Assembly (NCBI GenBank): GCA_964504165.1
Contig: CAZDDH010000004.1
Span: forward strand, 16,748-80,747
Direction: 5' to 3'
DNA: 64,000 nt
From: an uncultured Rickettsiales bacterium
GTDB taxonomy: Bacteria; Myxococcota_A; UBA796; UBA9615; CAYRNR01
The notes under the pieces were generated by a model. It saw nothing but the letters and a program-made list of their open reading frames with translations. It was not told where the DNA came from and searched no databases. Below are positions 28,246-38,638 of the stretch, in pieces (within the stretch, counting starts at the first letter, position 1; each line of letters opens with the position of its first letter). A program made the position numbers and the translations under genes.

Positions 28246-29127
28246 TCACGGGAACTGGACGGGCAGGATCTGGCCGCTGCTGCTGGAGTCGATGGTCACC
28301 TTCGAGGTGGTCTCGCCGGTGAGGTGGTGCCAGGCGTGGATCGTGTGTTCCCCGCGGGGGACGCCGTTGAACGACACCTTGCCCTCCCAGTCGCTCTGGC
28401 CGGCGTAGCCGTGTTCCGTCACCAGCACGAAGGCGATCTCCCAGGGGCGGATCATCGACTGCACCTGGATCAGGCCCGGTTCATCCAGCTTGATGGTCTT
28501 CTGCTGGGGCATGTAGTTGTTGGTCGAGTACCGGCTCAGCCCGATCTGATCGAAGCTGGTGGACTGGCCGCCATCCAGCTTGGACAGCCGGTAGACTTCC
28601 GGGCTGTCCATGTAATTCTCGAGGGTCAGCTCGGTGCCCACACCCACCGCCACCACCCGGGGCCAAAGGGAGCATCCGCTGTTGGAGATGACGGTCATCG
28701 TCTCGTAGGAACGGGCGCCGGTGGAGGGGCCCTCCAGCCAAACCAGGGAGTCGGCGAGGCCGTAGGTGCCCCCCCCGGATGAATAGGGCCAGACCGTCTC
28801 GCCGCACAGGTGGCGGTCGCGGTAGGTGCGGACGTCCGGGGCAGAGACGTTACGGACCGAGGTCACCTGGACCGTGAAAGACACGTCCTGGGCACCAAAA
28901 TCTTCGGTGAAGCCGCCCTCGACGGCGATGCCGCTGGGGGGCACCACACGCGGGGGGGCGCCTCCGCTGCCCATGTGCAGCGATTCGTGGGCCATCAGGT
29001 CGGCCTTGTTGTCGAGATCCACCAGGATCCAGCCGGCCATCCCGGTGAACACGACGGCGAGCAGGATCCGCCGGATCAGGCGGCCGCTGTGGGTCTTGTC
29101 AGACACGTCCGGAGCGCCAGATGCCAT
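28246..29127 (-). CDS. Hypothetical membrane-anchored protein with a C-terminal carboxypeptidase-regulatory-like beta-sandwich.
   Basis: TM LIRRILLAVVFTGMAGWILV. Tail GKVSFNGVPRGEHTIHAWH. Overlaps the ubiB 3' end by ~29 nt, so the true start may lie internal. Confidence 0.45.
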   Translation of the reverse strand: MASGAPDVSDKTHSGRLIRRILLAVVFTGMAGWILVDLDNKADLMAHESLHMGSGGAPPRVVPPSGIAVEGGFTEDFGAQDVSFTVQVTSVRNVSAPDVRTYRDRHLCGETVWPYSSGGGTYGLADSLVWLEGPSTGARSYETMTVISNSGCSLWPRVVAVGVGTELTLENYMDSPEVYRLSKLDGGQSTSFDQIGLSRYSTNNYMPQQKTIKLDEPGLIQVQSMIRPWEIAFVLVTEHGYAGQSDWEGKVSFNGVPRGEHTIHAWHHLTGETTSKVTIDSSSSGQILPVQFP

Positions 29128-30901
29128 AGAGCAAGATGCACCAGGTTATGAAGGCCAGCGAGAAACCGAACATGGGGAACAGGGGGATCCCCAATATCCG
29201 GAGGCTCTCGTCCAGGAGCGCTATCGAGGACCCCAACACCAGGCCCACCACGATCAATCCCAGGATGACGCGATTGACGGAGCGCTCGCGAGCATCGAGT
29301 TCCTCACGCGGGGTCTGGAGGATCACCGGCACCTGCAGGCGGCCCGCCTGGTAGTCGTCCATCACCTGCGAACCCAGGGTGGGCAACCGGTTCATCACCG
29401 TGGAGAAGGCGGCGAAGGTCCCCAGCAGATCCTGCTGGATACGGTCCGAGCTGAACCGGCGGGCGGCCAGCGAGCGGATGTAGGGCTCCATCTCCGCCAG
29501 CGGATTGATCTCCGGGATGAGGGTCTTGGCCAGCCCCTCGGTGGTGACCAGCGCCTTGAGCAGCATCGTGAAGGCCGGTGGCATGCGGATGCGGAACCGC
29601 ATGCAGCCGGACGCCAGCTCTCGGAGGAAGGTGCCGATCTGGATGTCGGCCATCGCCTTGCCGACGAACAGCTGGTCCATCATCTCCATCACCAGCTGCT
29701 CGAACTCCTGGTAGTTGACCGGCACCTCCTTGATGCCGAGCTCATAGAAGACCCGCGCGATGGTGCGGAAGTTCTGCCGCTGCAGGGCCAGCACCAGCGT
29801 CACGATCTGGTCCTTGTGGTCCTGGGAGAGGCGGCCCACCATGCCGAAGTCCAGCAGGCCCAGGGCGCCGTCCTTGCATACCAGCACGTTGCCCGGGTGC
29901 AGGTCGCCGTGGAAGAAGCCGTCCTCGAACAGCATCTTGAAGGCGGCGTTCATGTAGGTCTGGCCGATCTCCGCCATGTCCAGGCCTTCGGCGCGGGCCT
30001 CCCGCATGGGCACGCCGTCGAGGTACTCCATGGTCAACACACCCGAGTTGGTGTGCTCCATGTAGAGCTGGGGGATGCGGATCCCCTTGAACCCCTCGAA
30101 GTTCTCGCGGATGCGGCGCAGGTTGCCGGCCTCCACCAGAAAATCGGTCTCGGAGCGGATGGATTTCTGGATCTCGCCGAGGATGCCGGGTAGGTCCACC
30201 ATCCGCGCTTCGGGCACCTGGGACTCCACGGAGCGGGCCAGGAACATCAGGATCTGCAGATCGGTCTCGATGCGTTTTTGCACGCCGGGGCGGCGGACCT
30301 TGACCACCACCCGGGTACCGTCGGCCAGCGTCGCGCGGTGGACCTGGGCGATGGAGGCGCTGGCTAGCGGCTCGTCGTCGATCTCGCGGAACAGCTTCTC
30401 GGGTTTGCCCTCGAAGTTCTCGGAGATCTCCTTGGCGATGACGTCCAGCGGGAGCGGATCCACCCGATCCTGCAGCGACGAGAACTCGTCGCACCAGTCC
30501 GCGGGGATCAGGTCCGGGCGGGTGGACAAAATCTGCCCCAGCTTGACGAAGGTGGGTCCCAGGTCGACCAGCACCCGCCGAGCGCGGATCTTCATCGGCG
30601 CCGGTTCGGCGACCCGTGGCGTGCGCTTCCAGATCCCCAGAGCGGACAGGACGGACGACAGCAGATCCGCGGCAGAAGAGACGAACAGCGTGATGGTGCG
30701 CCGGGTCCGCTGCACCAGCGTGGTGTCGTCGGGGACCAGCCCGGCCTCGTAGGCGATGGCTCCGCTGAGCATCACGTGCCCCACCAGGTGGCCGAAACCG
30801 TGACGCATCAACACCTGGAGGATCTCCCGCAGGCGGTTGATATCCTTGATGGCCCGGCCCACGCCGCGGGTCGTGCGCACGATCTGGCGGAAGATCCCCA
30901 T
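29099..30901 (-). CDS. ubiB: UbiB/ABC1 (AarF) family atypical kinase.
   Basis: ASIAQVH, kinase-like motifs HGDLHPGN and DFG, and C-terminal TM helices. Confidence 0.9.
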   Translation of the reverse strand: MGIFRQIVRTTRGVGRAIKDINRLREILQVLMRHGFGHLVGHVMLSGAIAYEAGLVPDDTTLVQRTRRTITLFVSSAADLLSSVLSALGIWKRTPRVAEPAPMKIRARRVLVDLGPTFVKLGQILSTRPDLIPADWCDEFSSLQDRVDPLPLDVIAKEISENFEGKPEKLFREIDDEPLASASIAQVHRATLADGTRVVVKVRRPGVQKRIETDLQILMFLARSVESQVPEARMVDLPGILGEIQKSIRSETDFLVEAGNLRRIRENFEGFKGIRIPQLYMEHTNSGVLTMEYLDGVPMREARAEGLDMAEIGQTYMNAAFKMLFEDGFFHGDLHPGNVLVCKDGALGLLDFGMVGRLSQDHKDQIVTLVLALQRQNFRTIARVFYELGIKEVPVNYQEFEQLVMEMMDQLFVGKAMADIQIGTFLRELASGCMRFRIRMPPAFTMLLKALVTTEGLAKTLIPEINPLAEMEPYIRSLAARRFSSDRIQQDLLGTFAAFSTVMNRLPTLGSQVMDDYQAGRLQVPVILQTPREELDARERSVNRVILGLIVVGLVLGSSIALLDESLRILGIPLFPMFGFSLAFITWCILLYGIWRSGRV

Positions 30902-30910
30902 GCCGGGAGT

Positions 30911-32932
30911 TTACTCCAACTCTTTGAGATGCGTGTCGAACCAGCGGATCATGTGCTTGAGGCGTTCCCGGCGGTGCACGGGCGTACCGCTGCGGGAGAG
31001 GCCGTGGCCCTCCCCCGGGAAACGCACCAGCTCCGCCGTCACCCCGTGCCGGATCAGGGCCGTGAAGAACTCCTCGGCCTGGCCGACTGGCACCCGGTGA
31101 TCCTGGTCCGAATGGATGATCATCGTTGGGGTGTGGATCGATGGCGCGTAGGTCAACGGCGACCAGCGGGCGTACTCCTCGGGGTGGTCCCAGGGAGTGC
31201 CGGGGATGTCGCTCTCCGAGAAGAACTGTTCGTCGGTGGTGCCGTATTCGCTGACCTGGTTGATCACCGCGCGGCAGAGCACGGCGGCGCGGAACTGGTC
31301 CCCCTGGCCGATGGCGTACCCCGCCAGGAAGCCGCCGTAGCTGCCGCCGGTGATGCCCACCCGGCCCGCCGTGGCCAGGCCCTTGCCCACTGCCCAGTCC
31401 ACCGCCGCCAGCACGTCCTCGTAGGGGGCGCCGCCCCAGTCGCCGGAGATGGCGTCCATGAACGCCTGGCCGTAGCCCATCGACCCGGTGAAGTTCACCG
31501 CCAGCACGCCGTAGCCGGCGCCGGCCAGGGCCTGGACCTCCGGATCCCAGCGGTGGCCCATGCACCACTGGGGGCCGCCGTGCAGGGTGACGATCATTGG
31601 GGGGGGCGTATCTGACTCTGCAACGGCCGCCGGGGGGTAGTACCACACCTGGATGGAGCGGCCATTGGGGGCGTCCACCCAGCCCACGACGGGCTCGGAC
31701 AGGGGGGTCGCGGCCAGGTCATCGTTGAAGGTGGTCAGCCGGCGCAGGCCGCGGGCGCCCTCTTCTCCGAGCTGGGTGACTCCGCGGGCGGCCCGGCGAT
31801 CCAGCAACCATAGTTCGGCAGGCTGGTCCGCGTCCGTGATCTGCAGCACCGTGGTGCGACCGTTGGCAGAGGTGGAGTAGTCCCAGACCCAGGCGTCGCC
31901 GCCGGTGAGTCGCTCCAGGCGGCCCGGCCGGTTGTAAGGGATGCGGGCCAGGTGCCAGCTGCCCGCGTCACTCCACAGGAACTCCACGCCCTTGCCGTCG
32001 CCGCTGAACCGGGGACGGAAGATGTGGCGATCGAGCTGCTCGGTGAGCTCGGTGGGTTCCCCGCCGGCCACCGGCCACAGCAGCACGCGGCGGCGGCCAC
32101 TCTCGTAGCCTTCTTCGCGGATGGAGCGCGTCAGCAGCGTCTTGCCGTCGGGGGAGAATGCCGGCCTCGCGTCCGGGCCCGGGTTGTCGGTGACCAGGCG
32201 GGCCTCGCCACCGGCCAGGGGCTGGATCCACACGTTGGTATCGATGGAGTAGATGCCCGGATGGTCGGCGTCGCGTACGTAGGCCAGCCAGCGGCCGTCC
32301 GGGGAGATGGCCGGCTCGGAGTGGTCGTGATCGCCGTTGGAATCGGTGAGGCAGGTGGCTTCGCCGCCGGTGGCCTCCACCCGGTAGAGGTGCTGGTAAC
32401 GCCCCTGCTCCCAGTGGCTGCCCTTGCGGTACAGCAGGTCGGTGTGGACCGCCACATCTTCCCCGGCCAGAACGTCGGCTTCCTTTCCTGGCCCACGGCT
32501 GCTGAAGATCAGGAAATTGCCACTGGGGGTCCAGACCGGCCCGCCCGCCCCGCCTGGGTGGTCGGTCACCGGCTGGGGCTCGCCGAAGAATCCGTCAAAA
32601 CGCCAGATCTGCGAGGAACCGCCCCGGCTGCTGACAAAGGCCAGCGATGCCCCGTCCGGCGACCAGCGGGGGCTGTGGTCCATCCCGGGATCGGTGGTCA
32701 GCTGGCGCGGCTCGGCGCCGGATTCCGTGGACACGTACCACAGGTCCATCTGGGTGCTGTTGGTGGCCACGTCGCAGGTGCGCAGCACGAACACCACCGC
32801 CGCCCCGTCCGGTGCCATTTGGGGGTCCGTCACCGCAGCGCCCGCACAGACGTCCTGCGGGCCGAAGCCCAGGGCATTGGCCGGCGGGATGGCGGTCAGG
32901 GCGAGCAGCAACAGGGCGGGAACGTAACGCAT
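30911..32932 (-). CDS. S9-family serine peptidase (prolyl oligopeptidase / acylaminoacyl-peptidase type) with an N-terminal TolB-like beta-propeller; secreted.
   Basis: Signal peptide MRYVPALLLLALTAIPPANA. GGSYGG nucleophile elbow, catalytic D and H (GEGHGL). The listed ORF extends to 32992. Confidence 0.85.
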   Translation of the reverse strand: MRYVPALLLLALTAIPPANALGFGPQDVCAGAAVTDPQMAPDGAAVVFVLRTCDVATNSTQMDLWYVSTESGAEPRQLTTDPGMDHSPRWSPDGASLAFVSSRGGSSQIWRFDGFFGEPQPVTDHPGGAGGPVWTPSGNFLIFSSRGPGKEADVLAGEDVAVHTDLLYRKGSHWEQGRYQHLYRVEATGGEATCLTDSNGDHDHSEPAISPDGRWLAYVRDADHPGIYSIDTNVWIQPLAGGEARLVTDNPGPDARPAFSPDGKTLLTRSIREEGYESGRRRVLLWPVAGGEPTELTEQLDRHIFRPRFSGDGKGVEFLWSDAGSWHLARIPYNRPGRLERLTGGDAWVWDYSTSANGRTTVLQITDADQPAELWLLDRRAARGVTQLGEEGARGLRRLTTFNDDLAATPLSEPVVGWVDAPNGRSIQVWYYPPAAVAESDTPPPMIVTLHGGPQWCMGHRWDPEVQALAGAGYGVLAVNFTGSMGYGQAFMDAISGDWGGAPYEDVLAAVDWAVGKGLATAGRVGITGGSYGGFLAGYAIGQGDQFRAAVLCRAVINQVSEYGTTDEQFFSESDIPGTPWDHPEEYARWSPLTYAPSIHTPTMIIHSDQDHRVPVGQAEEFFTALIRHGVTAELVRFPGEGHGLSRSGTPVHRRERLKHMIRWFDTHLKELE

Positions 32933-33062
32933 GGGAGCCTCCTGACAGTCGATGACTGAATCAGGAATCGTCCCCGGGCGCAAGGGCGCCACTGGCGTGT
33001 ATGGGAACAGGTGCTCCAGGCAGCGCCCGCCGGCCGGCGAGCGCCGCCTGGCACCCGTGGTT

Positions 33063-33260
33063 TCATTGCAGCGGATTGCCCTTCGCGTCGGTCATCTTGC
33101 CCATCGCGATCATCACCAGATCGATGAGGTACCAGATCCCGAATCCCCCGAAGGTGAACAGCTGGATCGCCCCCTGGAGGGTGTACCCCAGATAAAAACG
33201 GTGGGCTCCCACAAAACCCATGAACAGGCAAAGCCCCATCGCAACCATCTTGCTCTTCAT
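33063..33260 (-). CDS. TM2-domain small membrane protein.
   Basis: MKSKMVAMGLCLFMGFVGAHRFYLGYTLQGAIQLFTFGGFGIWYLIDLV. The ORF could extend to 33365. Confidence 0.6.
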   Translation of the reverse strand: MKSKMVAMGLCLFMGFVGAHRFYLGYTLQGAIQLFTFGGFGIWYLIDLVMIAMGKMTDAKGNPLQ

Positions 33261-33478
33261 TCTCTCGATCTCCCGTAAAACGTGCCCTGGGACGACGACC
33301 GGCCAACTCCGACCGCCGGTTCCCGCTGTCAAGCTGGGTAGACCGTAGGCAAGGGTTGGGTTCAAAGCGCGTCAAACGGGGTCAAATCACGGGGGGGCTG
33401 CGTTTGATCGGGACACAGCAATGGGACGTTCAGAAAAACGGACGCTCATAAGAACATAAGAAAATCGTGTGGCACGTG

Positions 33479-33496
33479 ACCGTGACCGTGACCGCG
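33479..33496. repeat. (GTGACC)x3 hexanucleotide microsatellite, a second copy of the motif seen at 16383.
   Basis: Read directly: gtgaccgtgaccgtgacc, between the radical SAM gene and the TM2 gene. Confidence 0.85.
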
Positions 33497-33516
33497 AAGA
33501 ATGGGGAACGGCGGAA

Positions 33517-34668
33517 TCAGCCTCGAGATCTACGCAAGTAACGCCCCAATTCCTGAGGAACCCGCCGGGCCGTACGCCGCAGACCGTGCCGGCGCAGGTA
33601 CTTGTGGCCCTCCCCCACCAGCGTGGGTAGGGAGCCAGGGACGAGGGTGCGCACGTTGGGGCCGGCGATGTCGCCGCGGCATTGCTGGCAGAACGGCTCG
33701 GTGAGGCGCCCGGCGGAGAAGTCCCGGCGGCGCTGTTGGTAGCGCTCGTCGCCGATGATGTCCGACAGACTCCGCTGGCTGGCGTCGCCGAAGGCCAGCA
33801 CGCCATCGTAGTCCAGGCAACACTGGGTCACCTTGCCGTCCCAGTGGATGGCCAGGGTGTCCAGCGCCAACTGGCAGGTGCCCCGATCCCGCGGTTCGAC
33901 CCAGGTACCGTCCACCAGCAGGGCGTTGGCCCAGATGGTGGCCCGCTTGAAGTACAGCGCCACGCCGGGCAACAGGGGGAGCCGGCGTTCGGCCCCCATC
34001 CACAGGTTGGCGGCGTCCCGAGCCGAGATGGGCGGCGGCGCAGGGAGCCCCAGCTCACGGGCCCACTCCACCGCCTGGCCGCGGATACGGCGGGCGGCCC
34101 GGAGGCGCTCGCGGGCGGTCTCCAGGACGGCCACGCCGCCCGGACGCTCCAGGGAGGTGCTCAGCAAATGCACCGCGATCTCGGTGCGAGAGCCGGTGCG
34201 GAACCTGGTCAGCACGGCGCGACGCAGGGTCGCCAGGTTGTCGTCCCAGGAAAAGCGGCTGCCCGCGCCTTTGAGGCCATAACTGTCCTCGTCGGGGGTC
34301 TGCAGGCTCAGGGTCAGGTGGTCGAGGGGCAGCGTCAGCAACGGCTCCAGGCGCTGTTCGTCCAGCAAGCTGTAGTTGGTGAACAGGTGGCAGGGCAGCC
34401 CTCGCTCCACGACCATCTGGGCCAGGGTGACGATCTCGGGGTGCATCATCGGCTCCCCGAGCAGGTACAGATTGACGTAACGGCAGAGATTTTCGTCGGC
34501 GATCTCATCCAGCAGGCGCGCCGCCAGTTCCAGGTCCATGAAACCGCGCTTGCGCTCCATGCGCGCGTTGGGACAGAAGGCGCAATGGAAGTTACAGACG
34601 TTCGTGGGTTCTAAGAAGATGCAGTCGTAGGGTGGTACTCGCATAACTCGGCGCCCCGAGAATACCAC
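33517..34668 (-). CDS. Radical SAM protein with a C-terminal SPASM/twitch-like Cys cluster.
   Basis: CNFHCAFC (Cx3Cx2C) near the N-terminus. C-terminal C...CC...C..C (TCQLALD...VTQCCLDYDG...FCQQCRG). Start is ATG at 34668 or 34644. Confidence 0.8.
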   Translation of the reverse strand: MVFSGRRVMRVPPYDCIFLEPTNVCNFHCAFCPNARMERKRGFMDLELAARLLDEIADENLCRYVNLYLLGEPMMHPEIVTLAQMVVERGLPCHLFTNYSLLDEQRLEPLLTLPLDHLTLSLQTPDEDSYGLKGAGSRFSWDDNLATLRRAVLTRFRTGSRTEIAVHLLSTSLERPGGVAVLETARERLRAARRIRGQAVEWARELGLPAPPPISARDAANLWMGAERRLPLLPGVALYFKRATIWANALLVDGTWVEPRDRGTCQLALDTLAIHWDGKVTQCCLDYDGVLAFGDASQRSLSDIIGDERYQQRRRDFSAGRLTEPFCQQCRGDIAGPNVRTLVPGSLPTLVGEGHKYLRRHGLRRTARRVPQELGRYLRRSRG

Positions 34669-34750
34669 TACACAGCGTTTGACTTACCCCTGGCCATGCC
34701 CATAGTTTCCACGGAGACTGGCCCTACACCAGAAAGGGTGTCCAAGACGG

Positions 34751-36715
34751 ATGGAGAAGATCTTATACGTCATCGAAGTGGTGCTGGGGTTCGGGGGGCT
34801 GATCTTCATCCACGAACTGGGGCACTTCCTGCTGGCCAAACGGGCCGGCGTGAAGGTCCTGCGCTTTGCCATCGGCTTTGATTTCTGGGGCCTGCGGCTG
34901 TTCAAGAAGACCATCGGCGAGACCGAATACGTCATCGGCGCGTTCCCGCTGGGCGGCTACGTCAAGATGCTGGGTCAGGAGGACCTGCCCACCGAGGGGG
35001 AGGAGGAGGAGGCGCTGCCCGATGGCCACTTCCTCAGCAAGTCGGTGTGGGCGCGCACTCAGATCATTTCCGGTGGGGTGATCGCCAACTTCCTGCTGGC
35101 CTTCCTGCTGGCCTACGGCGCCTTCGTCTTCGGGTACCACCGCTACCCCAACGAGATCGGCGGGGTGGGGTTCGACTCGCTGGAAGCGGGCATGAAGCCC
35201 GGCGACGTCATCGAGAGCGTGGGCGGCGACCGGGTGGAGTCGTGGACAGAGATGTTCATGGCCTATGCCCTGGCCGAGCCGGGCCAGGACATCCAGATGG
35301 TGGTCCGCCGGGATGGCGAGCTGGTGGAGCTGATGATTCCCGTGCTGCGGGATCCGGACCAGCCCATCAACCTGCCTGATTTCGACCGGGCCACCGGATT
35401 GCAGATCGCCGCCATCGAGGCGGAATCCGCCGCGTCACGGGCCGGGGTGCAGGCCGGGGATACTCTTGTCAGTGTCAACGGCATCCAGCTCGACACCTGG
35501 AACCAGTTTTCGTCGCTGGTGGCGGCGGAGGCGGGCCAGAATGTCCAGCTAGGTGTCCAGCGGCTGGAGGAGGACGGGAGCGCCGGGGCCGTCGAGGTCC
35601 TGGAGATGACCCTGGGGGAGACGGATGACTACCTGGCCCCGACACGGGCGCTGGGTTTCGGGGCGGGCGAGCCCCCGATCGTGGATGGAGTACTGCCCGA
35701 CTCCCCGGGGGCGCAGGCGGGGCTCAAGGCCGGGGATCGATTCCAGCAGGTGGGCGGCGTCGACGTGGCCACCTGGCGCGACGCCTGGATACTCATCGAA
35801 TACGCCGAGGCGGATGTCCCGCTGCCTATCACGGTCCTGCGGGACGAGCAGCCGGTCAAGCTGGCCCTGATCCCCCAGCGGGCGCCTCACTGGGCCATCG
35901 GTGTGTGGGGACTGCCGGGCATCGGCGCCATCCATCGTGCCCCCGGGGCCGCGCGGGAAATCGAAAAAGGGGGGGTCTCCCCATCTTGCGGGTCCGAGGA
36001 GGTCGAGATCCCGGGGATCCGGATAGGATGGCTCGATCCAGACGGGCCGGCGGCCGAGGCCGGGCTCCAGGTCGGGGATATCGTCACCAAGCTGACCTTC
36101 ACCGGTGATGACGGCGAGCCGGTGGAGAAGCCGGCGTACAGCTGGAACTACACCTACTCGGTCCTGGCGCGGAACACCATCGGCGAAGGTTACGTCAACC
36201 TGGATTTCATCCGCGACGACCGGGCCATGTCCAAGGCCGTCGAGCTGGTCCCCGATCCCCAGGGCAAACGCCGGGGGTTGGTGGGGGTGATGGGCGTCTA
36301 CCAGCAGGAGTTCGTGCGGCTGGGGCCCATCGAGGCCATCGTGCCCTCGCTGCGCAAGCCGTTCACCCTGTTCGACGAATTCCTCAAGGGCTTCCGCGCC
36401 ATGTTCACCGGCCGGGTCAGCCCCACCACCATCGCCGGGCCGATGGGGATCCTGGACGTCACCTACGACGCCGCCTCCCAGGGCTTCGGTGACCTGTTGC
36501 TGCTGCTGGCGTTGATCAGCGTCAACCTGGCCATCATCAACTTCCTGCCCATTCCCATCACCGATGGCGGCCATGCCATGTTCTTGTTGTACGAGAAGGT
36601 TCGCGGTCGGCGGATGAGCGAGGCAGTTCAGGGTAAGCTGATGTGGGCGGGCCTGGTCTTCATCTTGATGATCTTCGTGTTCGCCACGTGGAACGATATC
36701 GGTCGTATTTTCTGA
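34751..36715 (+). CDS. rseP: Site-2 protease RseP (M50 family), an extended form with multiple PDZ domains.
   Basis: HELGHF zinc motif in TM1, several PDZ-like segments, C-terminal TM block with LDGG. 654 aa, versus about 450 aa for canonical RseP. Confidence 0.85.
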   Translation: MEKILYVIEVVLGFGGLIFIHELGHFLLAKRAGVKVLRFAIGFDFWGLRLFKKTIGETEYVIGAFPLGGYVKMLGQEDLPTEGEEEEALPDGHFLSKSVWARTQIISGGVIANFLLAFLLAYGAFVFGYHRYPNEIGGVGFDSLEAGMKPGDVIESVGGDRVESWTEMFMAYALAEPGQDIQMVVRRDGELVELMIPVLRDPDQPINLPDFDRATGLQIAAIEAESAASRAGVQAGDTLVSVNGIQLDTWNQFSSLVAAEAGQNVQLGVQRLEEDGSAGAVEVLEMTLGETDDYLAPTRALGFGAGEPPIVDGVLPDSPGAQAGLKAGDRFQQVGGVDVATWRDAWILIEYAEADVPLPITVLRDEQPVKLALIPQRAPHWAIGVWGLPGIGAIHRAPGAAREIEKGGVSPSCGSEEVEIPGIRIGWLDPDGPAAEAGLQVGDIVTKLTFTGDDGEPVEKPAYSWNYTYSVLARNTIGEGYVNLDFIRDDRAMSKAVELVPDPQGKRRGLVGVMGVYQQEFVRLGPIEAIVPSLRKPFTLFDEFLKGFRAMFTGRVSPTTIAGPMGILDVTYDAASQGFGDLLLLLALISVNLAIINFLPIPITDGGHAMFLLYEKVRGRRMSEAVQGKLMWAGLVFILMIFVFATWNDIGRIF

Positions 36716-36763
36716 CCTGGCATTCGCCGTTGGCCGGCGTAATTCGGGTCCGAGGGAGGCACG

Positions 36764-38470
36764 ATGCCCACCCGCAAGAGCGGAGAACTCCCCACCCCCT
36801 CCTGGGCCGAACAGCTGCGCAAACGCTATCTGGCCGAGGAATCCAGCCTGTTCCTGCTGCACGGCAACGTGCGCGACCTGGTGCCTGTCGAAGACGGGTA
36901 TGCCTCCCTGCAGAGTTATCTGGAGCGGATGCTGGTGCGTACCAAGGAGGTCGTCGCCTTCTACGACTACAGCCGGGGGCTACGCTTCGCCAAGCCCAAC
37001 ATGAAGCAGCGCTTCCAGATGGCGGTGAACACCCGGCGCATCCTGCAGGGGCGTTCGGAGGTGGGCGAGGATTTCCCCAAGGAGCCGCTGAGCCTGTTCC
37101 CCATCCTCGAGGATTACCTCACCGATCACACGCAGCACGGTGCGCTGGTGATGGACTTCGTCGAAACGGTGGTCCCCGCCGGGGATCTATCGTTCATGGG
37201 CACGGAAGACCGCTCTTCGCTGGTGACCCTGCAGCGCTGGACCAACGACCCGGCGATCCTGGGCAGCGACAACCTCATCGTCTTGCTCACCGAGAGCATG
37301 ACCGACGTCAACCGCAAGGTGCTGCATTGCCCGATGCTGTCCCCCATCGAGGTGCCCATGCCCGGCACCGAGGAGCGGCTGGCCTTCATCCGCTACCTCA
37401 AGGACGAGTACCCCAAACCGGGCATCTCCCAGAAGATGCTGGCGGACATCACCGCCGGCCTGACGCTGGTACAGATCGAGGGCATCTTCCGCAAGGTGCG
37501 CCAGTCCGGCGGCAAGATCACCTTCGACGTGGTCAGCGAGGCCAAGCGCCGCATCATCGAGCAGGAGTGCTTCGGGCTCATCGAGTTCGTCGAGTCGGCC
37601 CACGATTTCAAGGCCGTCGGCGGCATGGAACAGACCAAGACCGTCTTGAGCCGCGTGGCGGACAACCTCAAGAAGGGGCGTAAGGAGCGGGTCCCGATGG
37701 GGATCCTGTTCGTAGGCCCGATGGGCACGGGCAAGACCTTCGTCGCCGAGGCCTTCGCCAACGAGTGCGAGCTGACCTGCGTCAAGTTCAAGAACTTCCG
37801 CGAGAAGTGGGTCGGGTCCACCGAGGGCAACCTGGAGCGCATCCTCAGCGTCATCAAGGCCATGGGCTATGTCCTGGTGATGATCGACGAGGGGGATCGG
37901 TCCATCGGCGGCGGCGGCGGCGAGGGGGACGGCGGCACGTCCAGCCGGGTCACCGCCCGCCTCAAGGAGTTCATGAGCGACACCAGCCACCGGGGTTCGA
38001 TCATCTTCATCATGATGACCAACCGCCCGGACAAGCTGGACGCCGACATGAAGCGCCCCGGCCGCTTCGACCTCAAGCTGCCGTTCTTCTTCCCCCAGAC
38101 CGAGGACGAGCGCCTGGGCATCCTCAAGGCGTTGCTGCACAAGAACAAGATCAAGCACAAGATCAGGTCGTTCAAGAAGCTGGCCGGGATGGCCGAGGGC
38201 ATGAGCGGCGCCGAGATCGAAGCCGTCTTGCTCCAGGCCATCGGCATCGCCGAGGAAGACGGCCGCGTCGCCATCACCGCCGACGACGTGGCCACCGCCA
38301 TCGAGGACTACATCCCCAGCCGCGACACCGTCATGCTGGAGTACATGTCGATCCTGGCGATCTTCGAGTGTTCCAGCCGCCGCCTGCTCCCCGACATCTA
38401 TCAGGACCTGGACACGGATGAGCTGAACCGCAAAATCCGGTCGATGCGGTTGCAGCTCCTCACGCGCTGA
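36764..38470 (+). CDS. AAA+ ATPase with a ~290-aa N-terminal domain and a single AAA module.
   Basis: Walker A GPMGTGKT, Walker [19 protein letters not shown]. Confidence 0.8.
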   Translation: MPTRKSGELPTPSWAEQLRKRYLAEESSLFLLHGNVRDLVPVEDGYASLQSYLERMLVRTKEVVAFYDYSRGLRFAKPNMKQRFQMAVNTRRILQGRSEVGEDFPKEPLSLFPILEDYLTDHTQHGALVMDFVETVVPAGDLSFMGTEDRSSLVTLQRWTNDPAILGSDNLIVLLTESMTDVNRKVLHCPMLSPIEVPMPGTEERLAFIRYLKDEYPKPGISQKMLADITAGLTLVQIEGIFRKVRQSGGKITFDVVSEAKRRIIEQECFGLIEFVESAHDFKAVGGMEQTKTVLSRVADNLKKGRKERVPMGILFVGPMGTGKTFVAEAFANECELTCVKFKNFREKWVGSTEGNLERILSVIKAMGYVLVMIDEGDRSIGGGGGEGDGGTSSRVTARLKEFMSDTSHRGSIIFIMMTNRPDKLDADMKRPGRFDLKLPFFFPQTEDERLGILKALLHKNKIKHKIRSFKKLAGMAEGMSGAEIEAVLLQAIGIAEEDGRVAITADDVATAIEDYIPSRDTVMLEYMSILAIFECSSRRLLPDIYQDLDTDELNRKIRSMRLQLLTR

Positions 38471-38638
38471 CGCGCCGGACAGATCCAACCGATCAAACGC
38501 TTGAACGACCCGATCTGGCCAGGGGGCCAAGACGACCCATCGCGTACTGCCCCGCGTGTAATGAACATTTACGCTCGAATCAGCGGTCTACGGCGGGCAT
38601 CCCTTGCCTTTTACCCCCGGCGCACCGATTCTTCGCCC

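Noticed and set aside
33387-33449. A 20-codon frame (MSVRFSERPIAVSRSNAAPP) downstream of the radical SAM gene, considered as a RiPP precursor.
   Set aside because: It has no Cys, Ser/Thr-rich core or recognisable leader. It has no RBS. It is the tail of an overlapping antisense-type ORF (33387..33806). It is too weak to call.
36764-38470. The AAA+ ATPase considered as part of an anti-phage defence system.
   Set aside because: No nuclease, SIR2, TIR or other effector gene lies adjacent. The flanking genes are rseP and gpmI, which are housekeeping.
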